From Candidatus Levyibacteriota bacterium (lineage in GTDB: Bacteria; Patescibacteriota; Microgenomatia; Levybacterales; UBA12049), in assembly GCA_016186645.1 (NCBI GenBank), contig JACPLF010000010.1, positions 10,269 through 74,268 of the forward strand: a stretch of 64,000 nucleotides of DNA, written 5' to 3'. Every line of letters begins with the position of its first letter. The stretch's first letter is position 1. Positions 1 through 8,421 of the stretch are shown here, piece by piece. The notes beneath the pieces are model-generated. The model was not told the DNA's origin, did not search any database, and saw only the letters and a list, made by a program, of their open reading frames with translations. The translations under genes and the position numbers were made by a program.

Positions 1-843
1 CTCACTAAGTGTTATGATCTGACTAACAGAAGAAAGATTATTATTTAATACTGCATCAGCAACTGCTTGTCCGCCAATTCGATTTACCACGTTTGTTGCA
101 ATAAGGTTCTGCACTGCCTGATCCGGAAGAACAGTGACTGTTTTTTGTCCTGCCGGCGTATTAACAGTAAGCATATTGGTAACAAGGTCAATTGAAAGAG
201 GAAAGTCTGTTATTGCGCCTGTTGTACCTCTTTGGATAATGAATTTTTCTGCTCCTGCTGTTGCAATCTTGATTCCGCTTATCCCTAGTCGTTCTTCAAT
301 CTTGAAGATTGTATTATCTTCCAGTTCTACCTCTGTTCCGTCTTCCTGTTCTGCCTTAATAATCATTCTATCATCACGGATTTCAAGACGTGTTTTTATA
401 CCTCCAGATGTAATGTCAATTCTGGTTTGTCCATCTTTTGTGCGGGTACGAATTCTTTCTTCCTCGCTAAGTCTCACTTCCGTACGGGTTTCATCTTGTT
501 TTGCTTCTGTTTGCGTGCGAACACCATTTTCGGTTCTTGTTTCAGTCACCCCGGAGTTTCCACTATTACTGTTTGAGTCTGAGCTTCCTGATGATCCGCT
601 CCCGCTACTTCCAGAATCAGAATTTCCTGAAGATCCGCTCCCGCTAGAGTTACTTCCCGAGGAATCACTGCCACTTCCTGAAGAGCCACTATCATCACCC
701 TTTGCAAGATAAGTGGTGATGCCCAAAGTATTATTACCTGAAGCAAGTAATTTGAGAATAATTACTATTAATAGAACTGCAATTAAAATTACAGGTAGTG
801 GCATTGAGGAAAACTGAGAAGATTTCTTACTCTTTCTTTTCAT
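1..843 (-). CDS. Partial (3'-truncated at window edge) membrane-anchored protein: N-terminal TM/signal anchor, Ser/Gly-rich linker, C-terminal domain of unknown function
   Basis: Reverse-strand frame is open from ATG(843) to position 1, checked codon by codon: MKRKSKKSSQFSSMPLPVILIAVLLIVIILKLLASGNNTLG...SGSSGSGSDSSGSNSS...TRTENGVRTQTEAKQ.... Absent from the ORF track because no stop lies within the window. The + ORF 134..712 is its low-complexity antisense shadow. Confidence 0.5.
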   Translation of the reverse strand, partial: MKRKSKKSSQFSSMPLPVILIAVLLIVIILKLLASGNNTLGITTYLAKGDDSGSSGSGSDSSGSNSSGSGSSGNSDSGSSGSGSSGSSDSNSNSGNSGVTETRTENGVRTQTEAKQDETRTEVRLSEEERIRTRTKDGQTRIDITSGGIKTRLEIRDDRMIIKAEQEDGTEVELEDNTIFKIEERLGISGIKIATAGAEKFIIQRGTTGAITDFPLSIDLVTNMLTVNTPAGQKTVTVLPDQAVQNLIATNVVNRIGGQAVADAVLNNNLSSVSQIITLSE

Positions 844-921
844 CTTTATTATATTTAGGCACAAATATCAAGTGTTTGTCAAGCGCCTCTGGTTTTGCAG
901 GCAAAAATGCCGCTATCAAAA

Positions 922-1341
922 CTAATTCATTTTGAGGACTTCTTTGATTTTGTCTAGAATTCCTTCAAGTTTGACGTCAGATTTTACTAAATAATATGCA
1001 GGCTCATTTTGAAGTACAGAATTTATTACTGAATTAGCATTGGGAGTAACATTGGTCAGGATAATAACCGGAGCTTTCTTTCCCCATTCATCTTCTCTGA
1101 GTTTTTGCAGCATGATCATGCCATCCATTTTTGGCATGAGAATATCCAAAAGAATAAGATCGGGATGCTCTTTTAGAGCAGTTGCCAGCCCTTCTTCTCC
1201 GTCTCTTGCCAAAAGAGTTGCAAATTCCTGATTGATCAAATAATCGGAAACTGCATGCAGCATTGATTCTTCGTCTTCGACTACCAAAATCTTCTTCTTA
1301 TCCACTTCTTTTATTGTAAATAAGAGTAAAGCCGTTTGCAA
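922..1341 (-). CDS. Stand-alone response regulator receiver (CheY-like) protein
   Basis: KKILVVEDEESM...LILLDILMPKMDGM...APVIILT is a receiver domain with the conserved Asp. No output domain. Downstream of the histidine kinase on the same strand. Confidence 0.8.
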   Translation of the reverse strand: MQTALLLFTIKEVDKKKILVVEDEESMLHAVSDYLINQEFATLLARDGEEGLATALKEHPDLILLDILMPKMDGMIMLQKLREDEWGKKAPVIILTNVTPNANSVINSVLQNEPAYYLVKSDVKLEGILDKIKEVLKMN

Positions 1342-1448
1342 TACCTAAACAGGTAAGCCCGCCTGCCATCGCTACGCCCGTCTGTGTTGTCCTTGTCCGG
1401 GACATTGCGCGAATCACTGCGTGCGGTTGCAAAACATTGCGGACAGGC

Positions 1449-2189
1449 TCAGGCGTTAGCGGGCAGGGATATAAAAAATGTCGTTCCCTTGTTTTCCTCT
1501 GATTTAAAGTCAATCTGGGCATTCATCTTTTTTAAGATGCGTTTAATTAAATATAGACTAAAACCCATATCTTTAGAATTAACAGAATCAGCTAATATTT
1601 TGGACTTATGTTCTTTAGGAATTCCATAACCGCTATCTTTTATTTCAATAAATAATTTTTTGTCTGAAAAAACTGCTTTGATAGATACATTTCCATTTTC
1701 AGGAGTATATCTTATTGCATTTTCAATAAGGTTCTGAAGAGCTATTCCTAACAGCTTTGGATCCACCTGAATTATAACCTCTCTGTCTGTTGGATAAATC
1801 TCTTCAAGGTGCAACTTATGTCTTTCAATTTTCAGTTGTAACTCCTTAAGAATTTTACCTACCATTTCCTTTACATTGACCGTTTCTGTTTTAATAGAAA
1901 TATTGCCAGCCTCAAGCTGCAAAAGGACAATTAGAGATTCAATAGTCTCATTCAATTTTTCGCTTGCATTATAAATTTCTGTAAAATATTCTTCCTGCTT
2001 ATCATTTAAATTGCCAACTGATTTATCTGAAAGAAGCTCAATGTACCATCTTATTATCGAAATTGGGGATCTAAATCTATGAACCATAACGTGAAAGAAT
2101 TCTATTTTCTCTTTTTCTTGTTTGGACAATATAATATAAAAAAATATTGTTATTATTATTAGACCCAAAATTGCTAAAAATAGTGGCAT
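1449..2189 (-). CDS. Membrane-anchored sensor histidine kinase (HisKA + HATPase_c)
   Basis: N-terminal TM (MPLFLAILGLIIITIFFYIIL). H-box HRFRSPISII, N-box NLIENAIRYTPENG, G1 DSGYGIP, G2 GTTFFISLP. Confidence 0.8.
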   Translation of the reverse strand: MPLFLAILGLIIITIFFYIILSKQEKEKIEFFHVMVHRFRSPISIIRWYIELLSDKSVGNLNDKQEEYFTEIYNASEKLNETIESLIVLLQLEAGNISIKTETVNVKEMVGKILKELQLKIERHKLHLEEIYPTDREVIIQVDPKLLGIALQNLIENAIRYTPENGNVSIKAVFSDKKLFIEIKDSGYGIPKEHKSKILADSVNSKDMGFSLYLIKRILKKMNAQIDFKSEENKGTTFFISLPANA

Positions 2190-2209
2190 ATTTTTACTAT
2201 ACTATATTT

Positions 2210-2761
2210 ATGGATAAAAGTGGATTACTTGCAAAAATTGCGAAGGCTATAGAAAAGTGCGGAGTTTGTAAGGAGAATAAGAGCGGAAAGGCAGTAGTTG
2301 GTGAAGGAAGTGCAGATGCTAAGGTTATTTTTATAGGGGAAGCACCGGGAAGAAAAGAAGCAGCAACAGGTCGGCCTTTTGTTGGGAGATCTGGTCAGCT
2401 TTTGAGAAGTTTAATAAGGGAAGCCGGATTAAAAGAAGAAGATGTCTACATTACAAGTCCGGTAAAATACTCGCCAGATAGTGGAACGCCAACTGTTAAA
2501 GATATTGAGCATGGAAAAATACACCTGCAAAAACAGTTGGATATAATTGCTCCCAAAATCATAGTGCTTCTAGGCAGGGTGGCAACACTAGGAGTTCTGG
2601 GAGAAATGATAGCGATCAATAAAATGCATGGAGTAATTATCGATAAAGATGATAAGAAATATTTTATAACTTTTCATCCTGCTGCCGCTCTTCGGTTTCC
2701 GCCTCTTAAGGAAAAACTTATTGAGGATTTCAAAAAGTTAAAAAAATTGCTTGAAACCTAA
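2210..2761 (+). CDS. Uracil-DNA glycosylase, family 4/5 type
   Basis: Motif A GEAPGRKEAATGRPFVGRSGQLL and motif B FHPAAALRFP. Start moved to ATG 2210 (MDKSG...) because the track ORF start 2147 overlaps the kinase gene. TATACT -10-like box just upstream. Confidence 0.7.
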   Translation: MDKSGLLAKIAKAIEKCGVCKENKSGKAVVGEGSADAKVIFIGEAPGRKEAATGRPFVGRSGQLLRSLIREAGLKEEDVYITSPVKYSPDSGTPTVKDIEHGKIHLQKQLDIIAPKIIVLLGRVATLGVLGEMIAINKMHGVIIDKDDKKYFITFHPAAALRFPPLKEKLIEDFKKLKKLLET

Positions 2762-2941
2762 GAAAAACCCCCGACTTATCAAGGGCTTTTCTTATCTTAG
2801 TAGACATGGACTGTTATGAAGACTAGCACCTGCTCATTACCATATCTTAATAGCTAACGCTCAGTCTAATCTTACTCGTTAAGGAATATAAGAAAAAAGT
2901 GTAAGAGTTTGGTAAGTTATGTATACTATAAATAGACTGTC

Positions 2942-3820
2942 ATGACTAAATCTCATTATCAGCACCTTAGGGACAGATGGCGAGCCCGACATCAGGACTT
3001 ACAAAGGACACTTTGGAATAAGCATAAAGAATCTTTAGACTGGCTCTCTAACAATTATAGACAGCTGGTAGCAGGCAGCCTGGGAGGATTGATGCTTCTG
3101 ACTGGACACGCCTCCACTCCCACCCTAAATTTCCCTCAGGCTGGTGCTTCTGAGTCTGCAGAGAAAATAATTGATAAGAGAGTGTTTTTGATCTCAGATT
3201 TAGCTAAAATTTTACCTACCCAGGTGAGAACCCTAACTGCCGATGAAGAACAAAAAGCTTTAGACATTTTATCCAGAACTTTTAATTTGAAGCTTGCAGC
3301 CGAACTAGAAGGAAAAAGACTTAACAGAAGCTACGGATTGATAGGTGCAGAGCAACATTTAGCACGATACCCGGGAGATACTCTAAGTACTCATTTTGAT
3401 CAAGAAGAGGAGAGAGAATCATATTGGCAATCGGGAATGGCGCCTGGGCTTGGCGCATGGAGATATTTTGCTAATTCGAGAGACTCACTTACGCAATTAG
3501 ACGCAGATAGGGAAAAATACTACATTGCAGTTCAGACTTTTTTGTCAAAAGACTTTAATAACCGGTTTGCAGAATATAGGGATTTTTATAAATATAGAAA
3601 AATGTTGGTAGTCAACCCAAATAATGGGAAGGCGATAGTTGTCGATATCGGAGATGCGGGGCCCGGTGAATCAACGGGTAAACACTTGGGAGGATCTCCA
3701 GAGGTTATGCATTATCTTGAAAGATTTGATGGAAGACAAAGAGGGCCAGTGTTGTACTTTTTTATAGATGATCCAGATGATAAGATTAAGTTGGGACCGA
3801 TAAGCGAGTTGTCATCCTGA
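2942..3820 (+). CDS. Hypothetical protein with N-proximal hydrophobic segment; C-terminal region faintly resembles a DPBB/3D-like fold
   Basis: 292 aa ORF with LVAGSLGGLMLLTGHAS. C-terminal NPNNGKAIVVDIGDAGPGESTGKHLGGSPEV. No confident family. Confidence 0.45.
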   Translation: MTKSHYQHLRDRWRARHQDLQRTLWNKHKESLDWLSNNYRQLVAGSLGGLMLLTGHASTPTLNFPQAGASESAEKIIDKRVFLISDLAKILPTQVRTLTADEEQKALDILSRTFNLKLAAELEGKRLNRSYGLIGAEQHLARYPGDTLSTHFDQEEERESYWQSGMAPGLGAWRYFANSRDSLTQLDADREKYYIAVQTFLSKDFNNRFAEYRDFYKYRKMLVVNPNNGKAIVVDIGDAGPGESTGKHLGGSPEVMHYLERFDGRQRGPVLYFFIDDPDDKIKLGPISELSS

Positions 3821-3829
3821 GATGATATT

Positions 3830-4162
3830 ATGAAAAAATATTTTTATACACATATCATAGACACATCTACTCTTTCTTTAGAATTGGGGAATATGGAATT
3901 AGATGCTGCGGAAAGAGCGCATCTGATTTCGCTTGTTGATTCAAACATTCATCATGCAGTTTTAGACTTAGTTTTATCAGAGCTTAATCCTGTAGATAAA
4001 AAAACATTTTTAGCCCACTTAGCATCGGAAAACCATGACAAAGTCTGGAAATTTTTAAATGGGAAGGTAGAGAATATTGAAGAAAAAATAAAAAAAACCG
4101 CAGAAGATTTAAAAAAAGAGTTACACAAAGACATAGAAGAAGTACGAACGATTAAGGATTAA
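3830..4162 (+). CDS. Hypothetical small acidic/lysine-rich protein
   Basis: 110 aa ORF 10 bp after the previous stop; no recognised motif. Confidence 0.35.
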   Translation: MKKYFYTHIIDTSTLSLELGNMELDAAERAHLISLVDSNIHHAVLDLVLSELNPVDKKTFLAHLASENHDKVWKFLNGKVENIEEKIKKTAEDLKKELHKDIEEVRTIKD

Positions 4163-4458
4163 TTATTAAACAGGTATTTTTGTAAGTCTATTTTTCCTTT
4201 ACTAAATTTTATTCCCTCTTTTTCCAATATTTCTTTCTGTTTTTTGAGTCCACCAAAAGCATAACCTTTCGCTAGGGATCCATCACTTTTTACTACGCGA
4301 TGGCAGGGAATTTTTTTGGGGTCAATGTTTTTATGAAGGCAAAAACCAACAAGTCTTGGGTTTTTAATCTCTGTTAATTTTGCAATTTGTTTGTAGGTTG
4401 AAACTTTGACTTTTGGAATCTTCGAGACTATTTTGTAAACTTTTTCAAAAGAATTCAC
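4159..4458 (-). CDS. MGMT-family protein (methylated-DNA-protein-cysteine methyltransferase DNA-binding/active-site domain only)
   Basis: Conserved alkyl-acceptor motif IPCHRVV (PCHR). 99 aa, i.e. only the C-terminal Ogt/Ada domain. Confidence 0.65.
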   Translation of the reverse strand: MNSFEKVYKIVSKIPKVKVSTYKQIAKLTEIKNPRLVGFCLHKNIDPKKIPCHRVVKSDGSLAKGYAFGGLKKQKEILEKEGIKFSKGKIDLQKYLFNN

Positions 4459-4793
4459 TAGCGTTTTTCCTTAAGGTACCTTTCTTCTATTTTTTTCAGC
4501 TTATCTCCAACTGCACGTTCTACATCTACCCCTGCAGCAATTGCTAACTGCATGGCAGTTATAATAACATCTGCAAACTCTTCATACATATTGCGTTTGT
4601 CGAAATTTTGCAGCTTTGCGCGCCGTTGGAGTTTGAGAATCGAAAGAATATCATTGCATAGTTCTCCCACTTCTTCATTTAACTTCACTGTCTTTGTCAG
4701 AATCTCTTTTTCTGCTTGAGAGTAAAGTTTGTATTGGGGTCTTGTTTTCTCATTTAACAATTTAATTTTTTCTTGAAGGGATTTGAGATTCAT
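4458..4793 (-). CDS. MazG-like nucleotide pyrophosphohydrolase domain protein
   Basis: EEVGELCNDIL...EEFADVIITAMQLA (EExxE/D MazG signature). Track ORF extends to 4907, but the internal Met (MNLKSLQEKI) at 4793 avoids the N-terminal junk and most of the overlap with the divergent ORF at 4810. Confidence 0.55.
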   Translation of the reverse strand: MNLKSLQEKIKLLNEKTRPQYKLYSQAEKEILTKTVKLNEEVGELCNDILSILKLQRRAKLQNFDKRNMYEEFADVIITAMQLAIAAGVDVERAVGDKLKKIEERYLKEKR

Positions 4794-4809
4794 GCTACCA
4801 TTGTAACAT

Positions 4810-5193
4810 ATGGAAGAGGTAAAAAGTGAGCAGTCCTGGAACAAAAAAAGAATTTTTGCTGCAGTACTCTTATTAACGTTATTGGCAGTAGGGGGATATT
4901 TTTTCAAAACCCGTGTTCTTGGTACAAATTCATCTTTCTCAAATCCCTTCAGATCGGTTAAAAGCGCAAGTTCAGAACAAAATAATGGTAATGGGGGAAA
5001 TTTAAATGTCGGACTGCAAAAAGTTGTAAAAGATCAGCTTGATAATTTAAAACAGGAAGTCTCAAAATTGAATATTGCAGAAGTAGCTTCTTCTTCCCCT
5101 CAAGTTCAGAAAATAATTAATGATATTAAATCTTTGGAGCAATATCCGACTAACCAAGTAAAAGAAATTTGTAGGCAAATTTGCGGTTTATAA
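4810..5193 (+). CDS. Hypothetical membrane-anchored protein
   Basis: N-terminal TM ([18 protein letters not shown]), then a low-complexity Ser/Asn/Gly region. Confidence 0.4.
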   Translation: MEEVKSEQSWNKKRIFAAVLLLTLLAVGGYFFKTRVLGTNSSFSNPFRSVKSASSEQNNGNGGNLNVGLQKVVKDQLDNLKQEVSKLNIAEVASSSPQVQKIINDIKSLEQYPTNQVKEICRQICGL

Positions 5194-5278
5194 AATATGG
5201 ATCCCGTTAGAAAATACATATCAGAAAAGAATACATACATTCAACAAATTAACTCAGAAAGGAGGGTTTTCTAACGGG

Positions 5279-6283
5279 ATGGATGAGATAAAAGAAAGAG
5301 TAAATAAGCTATTAATAAAATTTGATGCTGATAAAAAAAGACAGGAAATAAGGAAAATTGAAGCGGAAAGCACAGAGCCTAATTTCTGGCAGGACCATAA
5401 AAATGCAGCTATCAAAATGAAGGAGATGTCTGACCTCCAAGCTGAAATTTCAAAAGCAGAAATTCTGCAAAGCAGAATTGATAATGGTGATTTTGCTGGA
5501 GCAAAAGAGCTATTGGAGGAACTTGAGGTTTTTCTTTATTTATCGGGTTCCTATGATAAAAGTTCTGCAATTTTATCTATTCACGCAGGCCAAGGAGGGG
5601 TTGAGGCAATGGATTGGGCGCAGATGCTTTTTAGAATGTATGCCAGATACGCTGAAAGAAAAGGGTTTAAAACTGAGATAATTGATGAGACATTTGGGGA
5701 AGAAGCAGGATACAAAAGCGTTACCATAACAGTTTCCGGAAAATATGCCTATGGATATTTAAAAGGAGAAGCCGGAGTCCATCGTTTGGTCAGGCTTTCC
5801 CCATATAATGCTGATAATCTTAGGCAAACTTCTTTTGCTTTGGTAGAAGTGTTGCCAGATATTGGAGATAACCAAGAAATAAAAATTAAAGAAGATGATT
5901 TGGAATGGGATTTTTTTAGAGCAGGAGGGCATGGAGGGCAAAATGTAAATAAAGTCTCAACAGCAGTAAGATTGAAACACAAGCCAACAGGGATTGTGGT
6001 AACCGCTCAGACGGAAAGATTTCAAGCCCAAAACCGAGAGTATGCATTGAAGATTCTACGGGCAAAATTATGGATTTTGAAGGAAGAAGAGCGTAAGAAG
6101 CAGGAAAAACAATTAAAAGGCGGATACAAAACGCCGGGATGGGGAAATCAAATTCGTTCTTACGTCTTACACCCTTATCATATGGTGAAAGATCTGCGTA
6201 CAGATTTTGAAACCGGCAATACGGAAGTAGTTCTGGATGGAGATCTGGATGAATTTATAGATGAAGAATTAAGAAAGCTGTAG
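5279..6283 (+). CDS. prfB: Peptide chain release factor 2
   Basis: GGQ motif ([13 protein letters not shown]), RF2-type SPY/SPF tripeptide ([16 protein letters not shown]), VHRLVR. N-terminus aligns with E. coli RF2 ([10 protein letters not shown] ~ LDYDAKKERL), so no internal programmed frameshift. Confidence 0.85.
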   Translation: MDEIKERVNKLLIKFDADKKRQEIRKIEAESTEPNFWQDHKNAAIKMKEMSDLQAEISKAEILQSRIDNGDFAGAKELLEELEVFLYLSGSYDKSSAILSIHAGQGGVEAMDWAQMLFRMYARYAERKGFKTEIIDETFGEEAGYKSVTITVSGKYAYGYLKGEAGVHRLVRLSPYNADNLRQTSFALVEVLPDIGDNQEIKIKEDDLEWDFFRAGGHGGQNVNKVSTAVRLKHKPTGIVVTAQTERFQAQNREYALKILRAKLWILKEEERKKQEKQLKGGYKTPGWGNQIRSYVLHPYHMVKDLRTDFETGNTEVVLDGDLDEFIDEELRKL

Positions 6284-6290
6284 TTTGCTA

Positions 6291-6330
6291 TGAACTCTTT
6301 AACCTGAACCTGAACTCTTTAACCTGGAAG
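6291..6330. repeat. 20-bp tandem direct repeat (tgaactctttaacctgaacc / tgaactctttaacctggaag) at the left flank of the tnpA-like gene
   Basis: Direct reading of the sequence; the second copy contains the hairpin motif. Confidence 0.8.
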
Positions 6331-6386
6331 GTTGAGCAGTCTCGCAACCTCTTGACATCTGTCGTTTTATTTATTACAAAGAATAT

Positions 6387-7061
6387 ATGTCCTTTATTCG
6401 GCGCACGCCACTAGTTAATGGTGGTTTTTACCATATATTTAATCGAGGTGTTGCTAGGGCACCCACTTTTCTCTCAAGAGCCGAATATAAACAAGCAATG
6501 CTTACCCTTTCTTATTATCGGTACGCAAAGCCTCCTGTTTCCCTTGCAAGATTTAAAGAATTTTCCCAGGAGGAGCGTCAGCAACTTTTGAATTCACTGC
6601 AAAAAACTGAAAAACTTGTTGAGATTGTGGCTTTTGTATTAATGCCTAACCACTTTCACTTTCTTCTTAAACAGAATAAAGATAACGGTATCTCTAAATT
6701 TGTCAGCCAATTTACAAATAGCTACACAAGATATTTTAATACCTTAAATGAAAGAGTTGGCCCTTTATTTCAGGGAGTTTTTAAATCTGTATATATTGAA
6801 GCCGATGAGCAGCTAATTCACGTTTCTCGTTATATTCATCTTAATCCAGTAGTTTCTAATGTGATAAGAGAGGAGGATCTTCTTGCATATCCCTGGTCAT
6901 CACTTCCCGATTATTTGGGAAGTGGCGTGTCAGCACAAATATTCACAGACCCCGTGCTTTCTCATTTCAAAAGTCCTCAGGAATACAGAAGATTTATTTT
7001 CGATCAGATTGGCTATGGAAAAGAATTGGAAAGAATTAAACACCTGGTCGTAGATGATTAG
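6387..7061 (+). CDS. IS200/IS605-family HuH tyrosine transposase (TnpA / REP-associated tyrosine transposase-like)
   Basis: N-terminal YHIFNRG, HuH motif MPNHFHFLL, catalytic Tyr context SRYIHLNPV. 224 aa, longer than minimal TnpA, as in RAYTs. Confidence 0.7.
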   Translation: MSFIRRTPLVNGGFYHIFNRGVARAPTFLSRAEYKQAMLTLSYYRYAKPPVSLARFKEFSQEERQQLLNSLQKTEKLVEIVAFVLMPNHFHFLLKQNKDNGISKFVSQFTNSYTRYFNTLNERVGPLFQGVFKSVYIEADEQLIHVSRYIHLNPVVSNVIREEDLLAYPWSSLPDYLGSGVSAQIFTDPVLSHFKSPQEYRRFIFDQIGYGKELERIKHLVVDD

Positions 7062-7090
7062 GGAAATAAATGTAGGTGGCGAATCTGCTT

Positions 7091-7103
7091 AACCTGGAAG
7101 GTT
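7091..7103. repeat. Hairpin motif AACCTGGAAGGTT (right-flank copy; left copy at 6321-6333)
   Basis: Perfect 5-bp stem with 3-nt loop; identical 15-nt context on both flanks. Confidence 0.75.
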
Positions 7104-7162
7104 ACAGTTGCTTTTTATCGGTTGCTAAAAGTGAAATTTTGTGCTTTACTTAAAGTATTGAA

Positions 7163-7633
7163 ATGGACAAAAAGAAAGATGCTCAAGCGCCATTAGATGT
7201 CGATCCAAAAATCTCTCAAAATCCTGAGAATATTAACTCCATTTTCACAAGAAATCTATTCATTTTTATTATTGGAGCTGTTGTAATGGGGGGAATGGTC
7301 GGATTTATATTAAGCGACAGGAAGTCTAGCGGTAACACTCTCAATACGGGCACAATTAATTCTTCTGAAATATCAAAAGGAACAGTTGTTGGCTCAAGCG
7401 ATACTAAGACTTTTAAAGATATGGCAACAGGGACACTCAAAGAAGGCGGAATCAAAGGAGAAGGACAATTTCATTTGGTTCGTCCAGGAGGAGACAGTCA
7501 AAATGTCTATCTCACATCATCAAGTGTAGATTTATCCAAATTTGTCGGCAAAAAAATCAAAATCTGGGGAGAAACCGAAAAAGCGCAATATGCAGGATGG
7601 TTAATGGATGTAGGTCGTGTAGAAGTCCTCTAA
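7163..7633 (+). CDS. Hypothetical membrane-anchored protein upstream of ftsE
   Basis: TM segment FIFIIGAVVMGGMVGFIL followed by a Ser/Thr/Gly-rich ectodomain. Confidence 0.45.
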   Translation: MDKKKDAQAPLDVDPKISQNPENINSIFTRNLFIFIIGAVVMGGMVGFILSDRKSSGNTLNTGTINSSEISKGTVVGSSDTKTFKDMATGTLKEGGIKGEGQFHLVRPGGDSQNVYLTSSSVDLSKFVGKKIKIWGETEKAQYAGWLMDVGRVEVL

Positions 7634-7635
7634 TT

Positions 7636-8421
7636 ATGATTCGGCTAAGTAAAGTTTCAAAACAATTTCCGACTGGTGTTTTTGCCCTGGAAAATATTAG
7701 TTTTGAGGTAGGAAAAGGAGAGTTCGTTCTTTTAGTAGGTCCTACAGGAAGTGGTAAGACTACTATTTTTAGACTTTTGACCAGAGAATCTCTTCCAACA
7801 GGTGGTGAAATAGTGGTTGATAATTGGGATATTGTGAAGCTTCCGGGAAATAAAATCTCCCATCTTCGCAAAAAGATAGGAGTAGTTTTCCAGGACCTAA
7901 AATTGCTGATGGATAGAACCATTTTTGAAAATATTATTCTCCCTCTTGAAGTTTCGGGAATAAATCCTGTCTCTGCAAAAAAGATTGCCGAGGAGATAAT
8001 GGAAAAAGTTGGAATTGAGTCTCATAAAGACAAATTCCCCATTCAGCTTTCAGGAGGAGAGCTCCAGAGAGCTGCGATTGCAAGAGCTTTAACGCTGGAG
8101 CCTGATATTCTTTTGGCAGATGAGCCAACTGGAAATTTAGATCAGGAAACAGCAATGGAAATAGTAAAACTTCTTTTAGAGATTAATAAAAAGGGTACTA
8201 CTATTATTATGGCAACACACAATGAAGACATTATGAAAGCACTTTCAAAAAGAGTAATCTTTCTGAATAAGGGTAAATTAGCTAAAGACAGTGCCCCAAT
8301 GCATTCTCCACCTAAATCAGATAATATAGAGAAGGGAAATAAAAAGGCGGAAAGTAAGCCAAAACCGGAAAAGAAAAATCCTTCGGCAGGCTCAGGATTA
8401 AAAGAAGATGAAGACTTTTAA
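7636..8421 (+). CDS. ftsE: Cell-division ABC ATPase FtsE with unusual Lys/Pro-rich C-terminal tail
   Basis: Walker A GPTGSGKTT, ABC signature LSGGELQRAAIARAL, Walker B LLADEPTGNLD. Start set at MIRLSKV (7636) to avoid overlapping the upstream gene. Tail ...PKSDNIEKGNKKAESKPKPEKKNP. Confidence 0.85.
   Translation: MIRLSKVSKQFPTGVFALENISFEVGKGEFVLLVGPTGSGKTTIFRLLTRESLPTGGEIVVDNWDIVKLPGNKISHLRKKIGVVFQDLKLLMDRTIFENIILPLEVSGINPVSAKKIAEEIMEKVGIESHKDKFPIQLSGGELQRAAIARALTLEPDILLADEPTGNLDQETAMEIVKLLLEINKKGTTIIMATHNEDIMKALSKRVIFLNKGKLAKDSAPMHSPPKSDNIEKGNKKAESKPKPEKKNPSAGSGLKEDEDF

Larger units (their letters stand above)
6289..7105 (+). mobile_element. Putative IS200/IS605-like (or RAYT/REP) element: transposase gene flanked by identical hairpin motifs
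   Basis: The 15-nt TTAACCTGGAAGGTT (stem AACCT/AGGTT, loop GGA) occurs at 6319-6333 and 7089-7103 in the same orientation, either side of the tnpA-like gene. The upstream copy sits in a 20-bp tandem duplication (6291-6330). Confidence 0.45.

Noticed and set aside
134-712. 192-aa + strand ORF with low-complexity S/L/P/E-rich sequence
   Set aside because: It is the antisense shadow of the real minus-strand gene 1..843. No domain-like sequence, compositionally biased.
1298-1629. Small ORFs 1298..1522(-) and 1384..1629(+) between the RR and HK genes
   Set aside because: They overlap the 3' end of the histidine kinase or the intergenic spacer. No motif; likely spurious.
2762-2800. Possible terminator after the UDG gene (aaaaacccccgacttatcaagggcttttctt)
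   Set aside because: Only a 3-bp CCC/GGG stem with an 11-nt loop; too weak to call.
5197-5274. Possible programmed +1 frameshift into prfB from the upstream 25-codon ORF
   Set aside because: The prfB ORF has its own ATG, and its N-terminus already aligns with RF2 across the canonical frameshift position. The stop is UAA, not UGA. It is kept as a low-interest finding only.
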